Positions 39,912 to 51,227 of a DNA stretch of 64,000 nt are shown piece by piece; position 1 is the stretch's first letter; each line of letters opens with the position of its first letter. The notes under the pieces were generated by a model. That model was not told the origin of the DNA, made no database searches, and was given only the letters and a program-made list of their open reading frames with translations. The position numbers and the translations under genes were made by a program. The stretch comes from Ruegeria sp. (lineage in GTDB: Bacteria; Pseudomonadota; Alphaproteobacteria; Rhodobacterales; Rhodobacteraceae), in the NCBI RefSeq assembly GCF_965221235.1, contig NZ_CBDCRS010000005.1:48076-112075 (forward strand). Reading direction: 5' to 3'.

Positions 39912-40769
39912 TCAGATCGTCACCTCCTGTTCAAGTGAGTTGCCGCCAAAAAAGACACCATCCTCAATCACCTGATTTACAATGTTTGCGTCGACCTTGT
40001 CTGTTTCGTTGGTCCAGGCATAGAGCAATGCGAAATCGCAGAACTGGTTTACCAGACGGGGTACGCCGCGGGTCTGCCGGAAGATCATCGCACAGGCTTC
40101 GTCGGTGAATTCATCGCCCGAGCCACCGGCTATCTGCATTCTGTGTCTGACATAGGCCGCGACCGATGCTTCGTCCATCCGTTCCAGATGGAAGCTTGCG
40201 GCTACCCTTTGCGTCAGCTGCCGCATCTTGGGGTCCATGACCAGATCGCGCAGCTCGGGCTGGCCGACCAGAACAAGCTGTATCAGCTCATCTGTGTTCG
40301 CGTTGATATTGGTCAGCATACGGATCTCTTCCAACCCTTCGACCGTCAGGTTCTGTGCCTCGTCGAATATCAGAACCACCCTCCGGCCTGCGGCGTATTC
40401 CGAGACCAGAAAGTCCTGAAGCGCCCGGAACAGCTGCACATAGGTGGCATCTTTGTCGATCGGCAAACCCAATGCATGCAGCACCCATTGCAGCAGCTCG
40501 CCGCGTCCACCTTGTGCGTTTGAGACCAGCCCAACGGTGATCTGCTGCTCCATCTCGCTCAGAAGGTGTTGAACAAGGGTGGTCTTCCCTGCCCCGATTT
40601 CGCCCGTCAGCAGCGTGATGGGCGCGCAACTCATGACCCCGAATTGCAGCACCGAGTAGCCGCGCTTGTGCAACGGCGACCAATACATGAACCCCGGGTC
40701 CGGAAGCAACGTGAAGGGTCGGCGATCCAGCCCGAAGAACTCCAGATAAAACCCGTCACTGGACGCCAT
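39912..40769 (-). CDS. ExeA-like AAA ATPase of exosortase/EPS loci
   Basis: FGLDRRPF...PDP, GEIGAGKTT, IFDEAQ, LVGQPEL, GVPRLVN; likely start MASSDG. Confidence 0.85.
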   Translation of the reverse strand: MASSDGFYLEFFGLDRRPFTLLPDPGFMYWSPLHKRGYSVLQFGVMSCAPITLLTGEIGAGKTTLVQHLLSEMEQQITVGLVSNAQGGRGELLQWVLHALGLPIDKDATYVQLFRALQDFLVSEYAAGRRVVLIFDEAQNLTVEGLEEIRMLTNINANTDELIQLVLVGQPELRDLVMDPKMRQLTQRVAASFHLERMDEASVAAYVRHRMQIAGGSGDEFTDEACAMIFRQTRGVPRLVNQFCDFALLYAWTNETDKVDANIVNQVIEDGVFFGGNSLEQEVTI

Positions 40770-41382
40770 TGCACCCCGATTGCCCTCGGCCTTGTCAAAG
40801 TTCGTCTCGGATTCTCGGAAACTATTCAAACGTGCACCCTGAACCACCAGAAAACCCTTGTACAATACAAATACTTTACATCAGCCAAAACATGCTTGGC
40901 CTCTACTGTGCCATAAAATCAAGGTAGGGCGTATCACTAAATTTTTCAGGCGCTCAATTGATCAAAAAATGCCGCCAATCACGGAGCAACTTGATGATTG
41001 TTTCCCCTTTTGTCGCCGATAGATGGTCTGAAAAACTAGCGTCGCAGAAGGGAAAGGCCGCTGGGCATTGGAGGCCGATACGGGCCAAAATTGGGTAAAA
41101 ACCAGCGCTTTAAAGCCATAAACAAGAGGATAACGACGCGTTATGAGGAACCTGCGGGTGATGAAAACTTAGGCAACTTGTTCCTGCACCTTGTGATTTC
41201 GCTTGGATGAGGCTGCGCAGAAAGGGAATATTGTTTTGCAAATATGGCAGGAATTTGTTAACACTCTTCCGGTGGTGGCAGATGTAAAGTGTATGAGGCC
41301 AGCACGGGCAAAGACATAATAATATAATATTTTTACTACACAATATTGAGGTTGAGCGTAGTTCGGTTCCTGAGTTGGGTAA

Positions 41383-42111
41383 GTGGTTGCTAGGTTTTGG
41401 TGTGTGTTGGGGGTTTGTATTGTGACAAGTCATTCGGAAGAGGTGGCCAACGCTGGCGCGGGCTACCCTAATATGTCTGTTGTTTCAACCTCGACGCCGA
41501 GTCGAGGGCTTTACAGAACGACCGGAAAGCGCGTCCTTGATGTCGCCTTCGTCCTGTTGACGGCGCCCTTTGTTGTGCCTCTGATCATTGGTCTGGCCGT
41601 GCTGCTGGTATGTCAGGGCGTTACCCCGTTTTACCGTCAGGAGCGGGTGGGCAAGAACGGCAAGGTTTTTAAGCTGTTGAAATTGCGCACAATGGTCAAT
41701 GATGCCGAAATGGTTCTGAAAGAGCACCTGGCAAGCAATCCCGAGGCCCGCGAAGAATGGAACCGCAACCAAAAGCTGCGCAATGATCCGCGCATCATCA
41801 GGTTTGGCTCGATCCTGCGTAAAACTTCGATGGATGAGCTGCCGCAGTTCTGGAATGTGCTGGTGGGTGAAATGTCTGTGATCGGCCCGCGTCCGATGAT
41901 GGTAAATCAGCAGGATCTGTATCCCAGCAAGACCTATTATTCGATGTTGCCCGGCATTACCGGGCAGTGGCAGGTGTCCAGACGCAACAATTCTTCCTTT
42001 GCCGAGCGGGCTCAGCACGATACCGAGTATTGGGAGAACATGTCTTTCAGCTCGGATGTTTCCATTCTGATGCGGACCGTGTCCGTTGTTTTGCGCTGCA
42101 CCGGTTGCTGA
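41383..42111 (+). CDS. Priming sugar transferase (WcaJ/ExoY C-terminal type)
   Basis: KRVLD, KLRTM, DELPQFWNVL.GEMS.IGPRP, PGITGQWQV; start may be ATG 41473. Confidence 0.88.
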   Translation: MVARFWCVLGVCIVTSHSEEVANAGAGYPNMSVVSTSTPSRGLYRTTGKRVLDVAFVLLTAPFVVPLIIGLAVLLVCQGVTPFYRQERVGKNGKVFKLLKLRTMVNDAEMVLKEHLASNPEAREEWNRNQKLRNDPRIIRFGSILRKTSMDELPQFWNVLVGEMSVIGPRPMMVNQQDLYPSKTYYSMLPGITGQWQVSRRNNSSFAERAQHDTEYWENMSFSSDVSILMRTVSVVLRCTGC

Positions 42112-44647
42112 CCCCGGGCCACGCAAGCAGGCGTGGCCGTGTCAAACAGCCCGTTTATCGTTGCTGGTCTCATCGAACATGGCAGGAATGGTCGCACTAG
42201 GAAAAACTCTTTTTTCGACGGGCAATCGCCTGAGGATTGTCCTGTTTTCTCTGTGCTTGTTGCTGGCCGCATGTGACTCGGCCGAAGAACGGGCCGAGGC
42301 GCATTTCCAGGCCGGTATGGCGCATCTCGAGGAAGGTGACGTCGAACGGGCGCTGATCGAATTCAAGAACGTGTTCAAACTGAACGGCAAACACAAGGAA
42401 GCGCGCCTGACATTTGCCCGGCTAGAACGTGAGCGTGGAAACATCAGCACTGCCTACAGCCAGTATCTGCTGCTGATCGAACAATATCCTGACAATCTGG
42501 AAGGACATCGCGCGCTGGCGGAAATGGCTTTGCAGCTGAACAACATGGACGATGTGCGCCGTTTCGTCACCGTGGCTTCGTCACTGGCGCCAGAGGATGT
42601 AGAGGTTTGGGCTATCAACAACACGCTTGCCTATTCGGACGCACTTGAAGCCGATAGCCCGCAGGTCGCGGAAAAGGCCGTAGCCACCGCGCGAGACATC
42701 CTAAACGGCCGTCCCGAATTGCTTACCGCAAGGCGGATCATCATTGATAATCAATTGCGGAACCAGAACTGGGACGCGCTGTTGGATGAGGTCGACACCG
42801 CCCTGACGTTTGCGCCGGAACAGAGCAGCCTTTATGCCATCCGGCTTCAGGCGTTGGCCGAGCTGGATCGGGTTGCTGACATTGAAGCGCAGCTCAGGAA
42901 TATGAGAGAAGTGTTTCCCGAAGATTCGGGCGTGGTTCAGATGTTGTTTGAACATTACGTGACACAGCAAAACTTGGACGCAGCCGAACAGATTTTGCGC
43001 GAAGAAACCGACCTCAGTGTTGAAGACTCGGCTACTCTGGAGCGGCTGGTGGCGTTTCTGAACGCATATCGCGGGCGTGAGGTCGCGATTTCAGAGTTGG
43101 ATTCGATCATCGCATCGGACGGCCCGAATGCGCCGCGCGCTAAAGCAATGCGGGCTTCGATGAAATTCCTGACGGGGGATACACAAGGTGCCCTGTCCGA
43201 GATGCAAGCGCTGCTTGAGAATGCGCCGCGCACTACGCAAACACGCGAAAATGAGGTCGAATATGCCCGCATGCTGTTTGCGACGGAACAGCCGGACGAA
43301 GCGCGCAGTCTGATCGAGACTGTGTTGGCGGAAGACCCGACACAGACGGATGCCGTTAAGCTCACGGCGGCGTGGCAGATCGAAGAGGACCGCATCGGTG
43401 ATGCTATCCTGCTATTGCGTGAAGCGCTCAGCGCGGCCCCCCGAGATTCGGGACTGATGCTGCTGATGGCGCAGGCGCATGAGCGCAATGGAGACAGGCA
43501 ACTGGCGGGCGAAATGCTGGCGCTTGCGGTTGAAGTGTCGCAAAGCGCTCCGGGTGAGGTTTTGCGATATGTGAGTTTCCTGGCGCAGACGGATGATCTG
43601 GAGATCGCTGAAAGCATTCTGGTCGAAGCCGTGCGTCAGAACCCAGGCAACCCGGTCCTGTTGCTTCAACTGGGTCAGATCTATCTGAACATGCAGAATT
43701 GGGTGCGATTGGAAACAGTGTTGACCGCGGTTCAAGATATTGGGGATGATAGCGCAGCGTTGCAGGCAAATGAATTGCGGGCGCAAATGCTGGCGACTCA
43801 GAAAAGAACGCAAGACCTGTCGGATTTCCTGAACGAGTTGGCCAGTGATCCCGAATTCGGTTTGCCAGCTGATATTGCGCTGATCCGGTTGATGCTGACA
43901 CAAGGCGATATTGCCGGGGCTAACGCGCATTTGGAACAGCTCCTGTCCGAAGACCCCGACTCCCTGATCCTGCGATTTGTCAAAGCCCGCGCGCTGACCA
44001 GCGAAGGGCAGCTGGACGAGGCGGAACGGGTCTATCGGGACATCTTGCGCAGCCATCCGGACTCAGCTCGGGGTTGGCTGGCGCTGTATCTGCTGCTGAT
44101 GCAACACGATCAGCCTGATGAGGCCCGAGTCGTTCTAAAAGATGCCCTGATCGAACATCCCGATAACCCGGATTTCCTGATGCTGGAAGCTGGCGAGTAT
44201 GAACGTGCGGGGGATCTGGATCAGGCGATTGCGGCCTATGAAAAACTGTACCCCCTCAGCAACCGATCCGAGATTGTCGCCAATAACCTTGCCAGCCTGC
44301 TGACAACGCATCGTAATGACGATGAAAGCCTTCAAACCGCACAAAGGTTGGTGCGGCGGTTGCGCGGTACACGGGTTCCGGCCTTTCAGGACACATACGG
44401 TTGGGTCGCATTTCGGCTTGGCAACATAGAAGAGGCGATTTCTTACCTCGAACCGGCAGCTCAGGCTTTGCCTGATCACCCGCAGGTTCTTTTCCATCTG
44501 GGTAAAGCTTATGCGGCAGCAGGCCGCGCAGAAGAGGCCCTGCTGACGTTCAGGGCAGCTCAGGCAACGGGGGCCGGTTCTGAAATGGCCCCGAAATTGG
44601 AGGCAGAGATAAAACGGTTGAGTGCAACAGACACCTCCGGGCAGTGA
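42086..44647 (+). CDS. TPR lipoprotein (PrsT-like)
   Basis: LLLAAC lipobox, many TPR-type helices, NNLA..L and DTYGW near the C-terminus; true start probably ~42179. Confidence 0.75.
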   Translation: MFCAAPVADPGPRKQAWPCQTARLSLLVSSNMAGMVALGKTLFSTGNRLRIVLFSLCLLLAACDSAEERAEAHFQAGMAHLEEGDVERALIEFKNVFKLNGKHKEARLTFARLERERGNISTAYSQYLLLIEQYPDNLEGHRALAEMALQLNNMDDVRRFVTVASSLAPEDVEVWAINNTLAYSDALEADSPQVAEKAVATARDILNGRPELLTARRIIIDNQLRNQNWDALLDEVDTALTFAPEQSSLYAIRLQALAELDRVADIEAQLRNMREVFPEDSGVVQMLFEHYVTQQNLDAAEQILREETDLSVEDSATLERLVAFLNAYRGREVAISELDSIIASDGPNAPRAKAMRASMKFLTGDTQGALSEMQALLENAPRTTQTRENEVEYARMLFATEQPDEARSLIETVLAEDPTQTDAVKLTAAWQIEEDRIGDAILLLREALSAAPRDSGLMLLMAQAHERNGDRQLAGEMLALAVEVSQSAPGEVLRYVSFLAQTDDLEIAESILVEAVRQNPGNPVLLLQLGQIYLNMQNWVRLETVLTAVQDIGDDSAALQANELRAQMLATQKRTQDLSDFLNELASDPEFGLPADIALIRLMLTQGDIAGANAHLEQLLSEDPDSLILRFVKARALTSEGQLDEAERVYRDILRSHPDSARGWLALYLLLMQHDQPDEARVVLKDALIEHPDNPDFLMLEAGEYERAGDLDQAIAAYEKLYPLSNRSEIVANNLASLLTTHRNDDESLQTAQRLVRRLRGTRVPAFQDTYGWVAFRLGNIEEAISYLEPAAQALPDHPQVLFHLGKAYAAAGRAEEALLTFRAAQATGAGSEMAPKLEAEIKRLSATDTSGQ

Positions 44648-44737
44648 AGTCACCCGCGGCATTTCTGCCGCATCTCGTTTCCACCGCAGCAGCGGTGGCT
44701 TGTTTGAAAAGCTAAAAAAAGGCATAAGGGGGAAAAT

Positions 44738-45361
44738 ATGAGAGATTTGAATATGCGGATAGTAATCGGATCTTTAGCCGCTTTCGTGATGTCCCTGATT
44801 ATGGGAACTGTCGCATTGGCGCAGTCTTATCAAATCCAACCGGGCGATGCGCTACGGGTTGAAGTGCTTGAAGATCCGACGCTTAACCGAACCATTCTGG
44901 TTCTGCCGGATGGCTCAGTTACCTTCCCGTTGGTCGGATCGTTGCGTGCATCGGGCCAGTCGACGGATGCGTTGGGCAGATCGCTGTCCTCCGCGTTGTC
45001 TTCCAACTTCAATGCACCTCCGACGGTTTTCGTTTCGATCGCTTCGCTGGCACCGCAATTGCAGGCCGGTACCCTGCAAACCGGTCCGACGATCGAGGTG
45101 TTTGTCATGGGAGAGGTTGGTGTTCCCGGAAAGCATATTGCGACCGAGGGGACAACGATCCTTCAGGTTCTGGCTCAGGTCGGTGGCCTGACCAACTTCG
45201 CGGCCCGCAAGCGCATCGAATTGCGCAGGGCTGATACTAAAACAGGCGTGATGAACAAATACACATATAACTACAACGGCACGGGCGCGGGCATTAAAGG
45301 CAATACTGTTCTCAAAGCCGGAGATGTTGTGGTCGTTCCACCACGCCGCTTGTTCGAATAG
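44738..45361 (+). CDS. Polysaccharide export protein (Wza-like)
   Basis: Signal peptide, YQIQPGDAL, PDGSVTFPLVG, VMGEV..PG, LKAGDVVVVP. Confidence 0.85.
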   Translation: MRDLNMRIVIGSLAAFVMSLIMGTVALAQSYQIQPGDALRVEVLEDPTLNRTILVLPDGSVTFPLVGSLRASGQSTDALGRSLSSALSSNFNAPPTVFVSIASLAPQLQAGTLQTGPTIEVFVMGEVGVPGKHIATEGTTILQVLAQVGGLTNFAARKRIELRRADTKTGVMNKYTYNYNGTGAGIKGNTVLKAGDVVVVPPRRLFE

Positions 45362-45373
45362 GGGCAAATACAG

Positions 45374-46942
45374 GTGGGAAAATCCGGATTAAGGCGGGTC
45401 TCGGCAATTGGGGGCGGGGTAGCTTTTCTTGTTTCTCTTTCGCCAGCGATGGGGCAACAAACTGCGACAACGCAACAGACGCTCAGTTCAACTCAGCAAA
45501 CGACGGTGCAGCAAACGACTGCGCCGTCGTCTCAAATTCAGCAAGCACCCAGCCTGCAACTTATTACCCAGCAGGGGCAGCGTAACCCTGCCCGCCGGGT
45601 TGGGTTGCCGAATTCAACGCTGCCAGCCGGCACCGGATCCGGTCTGACCGTTACCCTGGATTACCTGTCATCGCTTAGGCATGACGACAACCTGCGTCTG
45701 ACCGATCCGTCGCTGGGCTCGACCACCTGGTGGGAGAACACGCTGGCGCTGAACGTACAGAGACAGACACCGGATTCCCTTCTGGATTTCGATTTGTCTG
45801 GGCTTTATCGGATCGCCAACGAGCCGATCATTGGCACTGAGTCCAGCTTCTCCGACCCGCTTTCGCGATTGTCGTACCAGCGGACCCGCGCCAACAGCCA
45901 GCTAAGCCTGCTGGCCGAATATCGGGAACGCGATCTGGCCTTCAACCGCAGCCTAACCGATATCAACCTAGACGGCGTCATTGATGCCTCGGATGTGATT
46001 GGAACGGTTGGTGACCAGGTTAACACGCGTGGAAACCTGGATTGGGAAACCGGTCTGAATGACCCCATCGGGTTCCGGTTCAACTATAACCGCCGTGAAC
46101 GGAGATATTCCAACACCATCGACCCGAACCTTTTTGAAAACAGTTCCGATGACTACGCCGCAACCACGTTGTTTCGGTTCTCCCCGGTTCTGCAAGGCAA
46201 CCTGCGCCTCAGCTATCGGGACTTTCAGGCCGAGGACAGCTCGCGCACGGATCGGCAGACAACGGTAGCCTCGACAGGCGTGACCTATGATGTTTCCTCC
46301 ATCACTTCCGTCTCGGCGAATGTCGGCTACAGCCGTGTGGACGACACACAGCGCACCAACAACATTAACAACGTGACCGAGGATTTTGTCTGGAGCTTTG
46401 GCTGGGACAAAATTCTGCCGGATGGCTCAGCAAACGCACAGATTGACCAAACCTTCGGCGTAAACGGCTCACGGATCAACGCAACAGTTGGTCGGGATTA
46501 CCAGCGCTCGGGCGGTTTCTTTGGGTTCAACGTCGGGTTTACACGCGGACCTTTCGATGAAGTCACTCCGATCGGTCAGATCAACTATCGCTATCAGCTG
46601 GCCAGCTCGCAGATTGGCGCGACAATCCAGCGCCGGGTCGGCACCAGTACGCAAAGCGTCGAGACCCGGCAGACGCTGGCGTTCCTGACCTATGACTATT
46701 TCATCAATCAGGTGTCCGCCCTGTCGTTCAGCGCCAGCTTCATCGACCAAGAGGATGAAGGGACAGGCACTGCAAATCCGCGCCAGCGTGGTACCTTCAA
46801 CGCGGCATATTCCCGTGCGATCACAAAAGACTGGGCCATGACCTTTGGTTATCAGTATGAGATGGATGACCAGAACGGGTTTGACGCCAGTTCAAATGCA
46901 TTCTCGTTGACACTCGGGCGGCGTTTCACACTTAAACCCTGA
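45374..46942 (+). CDS. Outer-membrane beta-barrel protein of the EPS locus
   Basis: Signal peptide, Q/T-rich N-terminus, alternating amphipathic beta strands; position between wza and exosortase. Confidence 0.65.
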   Translation: MGKSGLRRVSAIGGGVAFLVSLSPAMGQQTATTQQTLSSTQQTTVQQTTAPSSQIQQAPSLQLITQQGQRNPARRVGLPNSTLPAGTGSGLTVTLDYLSSLRHDDNLRLTDPSLGSTTWWENTLALNVQRQTPDSLLDFDLSGLYRIANEPIIGTESSFSDPLSRLSYQRTRANSQLSLLAEYRERDLAFNRSLTDINLDGVIDASDVIGTVGDQVNTRGNLDWETGLNDPIGFRFNYNRRERRYSNTIDPNLFENSSDDYAATTLFRFSPVLQGNLRLSYRDFQAEDSSRTDRQTTVASTGVTYDVSSITSVSANVGYSRVDDTQRTNNINNVTEDFVWSFGWDKILPDGSANAQIDQTFGVNGSRINATVGRDYQRSGGFFGFNVGFTRGPFDEVTPIGQINYRYQLASSQIGATIQRRVGTSTQSVETRQTLAFLTYDYFINQVSALSFSASFIDQEDEGTGTANPRQRGTFNAAYSRAITKDWAMTFGYQYEMDDQNGFDASSNAFSLTLGRRFTLKP

Positions 46943-47006
46943 TCTGGCAAAGGGATAGCTGTTTGCGTTTCTGTTCAAGAACGATGCCAAATGTGCATTA
47001 TGAACA

Positions 47007-48629
47007 GTGATGCAACGTCTCGAATCGAAAGACAGCCGCGGCCTGACGCTTGACGCGGCACGAACTGCCCTGCCGAGGATTAACGCGACGGGGCTGTTCT
47101 GGTTCGGGCTTTTGTTGCTGGGTTCGATCCCCGTCTTCTGGATCGGGATCGTTTCTCTGGGCGCGGCCTGGGGAACACCGGAATACAGCCATGGCCCCCT
47201 GATCCCCGTCATCTCACTGTATCTGTTCCTGCGCGAGCTTCGGAATTATCCCCCGCCCAATCCGGTTGTCCACGATCGCTGGCCCGGCGTGGCGGTGGTC
47301 GCGGTCGCATTGGCCGTCGCGATCCTGGGCAACCTGGCCCGCATCCCCGACATCGTCACCTATGCCATGATAATCTGGACCGGCGGCGTGGTGCTGACCG
47401 TGTTCGGCTGGCAGCGCGGGATTTATCACCAACTGCCCGTGATCCATCTGGTGTTCATGCTGCCGCTGCCCCAGTTCATTTACTGGAAGCTGACGATCTT
47501 CCTGCAATGGGTCTCGTCCGAACTTGGGGTCTGGTTCGTGCAGCTGGCCGGAGTTTCGGTCTTTATCGAAGGCAACATCATTGATCTGGGCGTCTACAAG
47601 TTGCAGGTGGCCGAGGCGTGCGCCGGTCTGCGCTATTTGTTCCCGATCCTGAGCTTCTCTTACCTCTTTGCCCTGCTGTATCGCGGCCCGATCTGGCACA
47701 AGGTGGTTCTGATGCTGTCCGCCGCGCCCCTGACGGTGCTGATGAATTCGGTCCGAATTGGCGTGATCGGTGTTCTGGTCGATCATCACGGCATCGAACA
47801 GGCCGAAGGGTTCATGCATTTCTTCGAAGGCTGGGTCGTCTTCCTGATCTGCGTAGGGCTCCTGTTTCTGATGGCGATTGGATTGCAGCGCCTGACCCGT
47901 GACCCGAAACCCTTTGCCGAGACCATAGATCTGGATACCGAAGGCTTTGTCCCCGTGGCGCTGCGCATCTTTGGGATCAAAGCGTCGGTGGCACTGGCTG
48001 CTGCAGCACTTCTGACGCTTGCTGTTTCAACAGCATGGGTTCTGCGCCCGGCCTCCGAGGTCAAACCGGTGGAGCGTGACCCCTTTGTCCTGTATCCCCG
48101 GCAACTTGGTCATTGGTCCGGCTCCACCACCAGTCTGGACCCGCAGGTCGAAGAGGTGCTGGGCGCAAGTGACTACCTGAACACCACATATATCGACTCG
48201 GGTTCCGGTGAATACGTGAACATGTTCGTCGCCTTCTACGCCAAGCAGACCGAGGGCGACGGCATCCATTCTCCCGAAGTTTGTTTGCCGGTCGGCGGCT
48301 GGGAAATTTTCAGCCTTGAACCTTATGAGGTCAATCCGGGCAACACCCCCTACGGCAGTTTTACCGTGAACCGCGCGGTCATCCAGAAAGAGCTGTCAAA
48401 ACAACTGGTCTATTATTGGCTTGAACAGCGCGGCAAGCGTATGGTCAACGATTTTCGCGCCAAGCTGAGCGTGATTCAGGACGGGTTCACCATGGGCCGC
48501 ACCGATGGTGCGCTGGTCCGGTTTGTGACGCCCATCCGACCCGGCGAAACCGAATCGGATGCGGATGCCCGGCTGCAACGGTTCATGGAGCCCAGCCTGA
48601 ACCGGCTGCCTCAGTTTGTGCCGTTTTAG
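47007..48629 (+). CDS. Exosortase with C-terminal EpsI domain (XrtD-like)
   Basis: YSHGPLIP; Cys-Arg-His triad in [23 protein letters not shown]; Eps[12 protein letters not shown]. Confidence 0.88.
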   Translation: MMQRLESKDSRGLTLDAARTALPRINATGLFWFGLLLLGSIPVFWIGIVSLGAAWGTPEYSHGPLIPVISLYLFLRELRNYPPPNPVVHDRWPGVAVVAVALAVAILGNLARIPDIVTYAMIIWTGGVVLTVFGWQRGIYHQLPVIHLVFMLPLPQFIYWKLTIFLQWVSSELGVWFVQLAGVSVFIEGNIIDLGVYKLQVAEACAGLRYLFPILSFSYLFALLYRGPIWHKVVLMLSAAPLTVLMNSVRIGVIGVLVDHHGIEQAEGFMHFFEGWVVFLICVGLLFLMAIGLQRLTRDPKPFAETIDLDTEGFVPVALRIFGIKASVALAAAALLTLAVSTAWVLRPASEVKPVERDPFVLYPRQLGHWSGSTTSLDPQVEEVLGASDYLNTTYIDSGSGEYVNMFVAFYAKQTEGDGIHSPEVCLPVGGWEIFSLEPYEVNPGNTPYGSFTVNRAVIQKELSKQLVYYWLEQRGKRMVNDFRAKLSVIQDGFTMGRTDGALVRFVTPIRPGETESDADARLQRFMEPSLNRLPQFVPF

Positions 48630-48899
48630 ATCGTGGACTCTCTGACACGTGAGAATGAAATTTCCCCTTGCGTGTTGAAGGGAATGGAACGAACTGACAG
48701 GGTAAGCAGAGTTCCGAAATACAGTAGACAACGTGCCAGTTCCCGATCTTGAAAATGCAGCACAGCGCAGTCGCCGAAATTCGGTTCTGGCCTCGGTCCT
48801 GTTTCTCAGCCTAATTCCGCTTTTGCTGACACCCGTCCTGCCTCTGACGGATTTTTATGCGCATGTCGGCAGGTACTATATTCTGACGCATTTGTCTGA

Positions 48900-49824
48900 G
48901 AGCCTGAATCTAAAGTTTTACGTTGCATAGCAGTGCCTTGCCAGTCTGCGTGTCAGGAGGCGGATATTGGCAACGAGCGCCCAGGCTGTTGAGCTTTCGA
49001 TTGTGCGTTCCCAGTCTTTGGCCAACCGTCGACACCTTCCCAGCCATGCAAAAGTGCGCTCAACGACCCATCGCTTGGGCAGAAGAACGAAGCCTTTTGC
49101 CTTGTTAGGTCGCTTGACTATTTCCAGTGTCCACTCATCACCCATGGCTTGTCGGAGCTTATCCCCCGCATACCCACCATCGGCGAAAATATGGCGCAAA
49201 CAAGGGAATTTTTTGCCGACCGCTTTGAGCAGATCGGGAGCGCCGTCACGGTCCTGGATGTTGGCGGCATGAACGATGATAATCAGCAGAAGCCCAAGGA
49301 CGTCCGTCACAATATGACGCTTGCGCCCCTTGGTCTTTTTGCCGGCGTCATATCCGCAAATGCCTCCACTTTCTGTAGTTTTCACACTTTGGCTATCAAT
49401 CACACCCGCCGTAGGCTCGGCAGCGCGGCCCTCCAATTCACGAGCGGCAGCAACCAGCAAATCACTCATTGCCGCCAGCAAGCCCGCGTTCCGCCAATTA
49501 TAGAAATATCCCTGTACAGTCGTCATGGGAGGAAAGTCTGTCGGCAAAGCGCGCCACTGGCAGCCTGTCGATCCGATGTAGAAAATCGCATTCATCACTT
49601 CCCGCATATCCGTCGTTCGAGGACGACCGCCAGACCGTGCCGGTGGAATCATTGGCTCGACCAGCGACCATTCATCGTCTGACATGTCACTTGGATAGCG
49701 GTCCGTTTTGCGTGTATGTTGAGCGCGAGCGATATCATTCCAGGGCATCTGATCCTCCGTTTGCCAGCAAAATTCAGAGAATCATAACCCGATGATATCC
49801 TTCAACTACTTTTCGGTCAGGCTC
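48900..49824 (-). mobile_element. IS5 family (IS1031-like) element, 925 bp, TGA target duplication
   Basis: IRs GAGCCTGAATCTAAAGT / GAGCCTGACCGAAAAGT; TGA at 48897-48899 and 49825-49827. Confidence 0.9.
48918..49748 (-). CDS. IS5 transposase
   Basis: YPSDMSDDEW, IDSQSVKT, YDAGKKTKGRKRH, RWVVERTFAW. Confidence 0.92.
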   Translation of the reverse strand: MPWNDIARAQHTRKTDRYPSDMSDDEWSLVEPMIPPARSGGRPRTTDMREVMNAIFYIGSTGCQWRALPTDFPPMTTVQGYFYNWRNAGLLAAMSDLLVAAARELEGRAAEPTAGVIDSQSVKTTESGGICGYDAGKKTKGRKRHIVTDVLGLLLIIIVHAANIQDRDGAPDLLKAVGKKFPCLRHIFADGGYAGDKLRQAMGDEWTLEIVKRPNKAKGFVLLPKRWVVERTFAWLGRCRRLAKDWERTIESSTAWALVANIRLLTRRLARHCYAT

Positions 49825-51227
49825 TGAATGGCCCGCATTGCAACAGAATTATGAGGTTGCATGGCAGTTGTTGCCCAATCTGGGCCTTGATATTCTGGGC
49901 GTCGGGATCATGCAGGTTGTTGAGCCGTTGCTTGGTGCCAAGCTCATCGGTGGGCTGGTCGTTTTTGCCCCGTTTGCCGGTGTCCTTTACCTGGCACATG
50001 CTCTGCATGGCCGGATAACAGTTCTGAACGTGCTGATGGCCGGATTTGTGGCCTATAGCCATATTCTGATCTGGGGGTTTTCCAATTTTCTGCTTGGGCT
50101 TGGTGTCCTGCTGGCGGCTACCGGGTACTGGATCGCGTCACAGGACAGGCCTGCGCGGCAATTGCTGGTCACAGTCGGATTGGGGCTTGTGCTGTTTCTG
50201 ATCCACGGGCTGGCCTTTGCGCTGTGGGGTCTATTGCTGGGCCTGATCGAACTGTCACTCGCGTTTCAATCGGGGAAAACTAGCGTCGCAAATATCGCGC
50301 GCCGCATGGGCAGGTTGTTGCTAATTGCCGTTGTGCCGGTTCTGCTGTTCTTGCAGACCAACACTGCGGGTGGCGGCGCTATGACGTCGATTTCGAACCT
50401 TTTTGCTCATGCCGAAAGCGGAACTCTGGCCGCGCGCCTCAATACCGAGGTTTCCCTGCGGCTCGATAGTATTCTGCGGGTCGCGGAATCCACCTGGCGC
50501 CTGGCGGATTACGGCATTGGGTTCCTGTTGTGGGGCGGGCTGATCGCCGGGTTTATGGCCGGGATTTGGCAGATCGACAGGCGCTTGAGACTTGCCGTCA
50601 TGGTCTGTGTCGTTCTGGTCTTTATCTTTCCGCCAAACTTGTTTGGAGTAGGACATCTCAGAGAGCGCATACCGCTGCTGTTGCTGGCCCTGTTGGCGGC
50701 TAGCCTTTCATTTAAGCCGGGCATAAACCCAAAGTATCAGACGGCCGCGCTTGCAGCGGTCGCGATCCTGCTGCTGGTTCGGAATCTGGTGCTTAGCGTG
50801 AGTTGGTATCAAGACGGCCAGGTCTATTCCTCTTATCTGGAGGCGTTGAGCCGACACGAGACAGGCTTCTTGGGCGCGGCGTTTTTTACTGAGGGCACCG
50901 AAAACCCGGGTGTTGTTGCCACAAGCTGCATGCCCCTGCCCTTTCTTATGACTTTTGATGGCACGGCTGTGCCGACCTTTGCCAACGCCACCCAACAGCC
51001 AATCCGCATCATCGGCGCGCTGAGCGGTGTTCAGACCGCAGCGCAACAGATTGTGGTTGAGGGTGATCATACCGTTCCATCCGCTTTGGCCAAATTGGCC
51101 GAGGTGCAGACGGACACGGTGATTGTCTGTTCAGTTGACTCGTTCCGAATGCCGGTTCCGGGGTTCAACATCCTTGCGGCTGACGCGCCATGGACTTTGT
51201 ATCAGCGCATCGGCTCACAATAGACGC

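Larger units (their letters stand above)
48733..51223 (+). pseudogene. Multi-pass membrane protein (520 aa when rejoined) disrupted by IS5
   Basis: Removing the IS and one TGA gives the continuous frame ...THLSEWPALQQNYEV... Confidence 0.85.
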
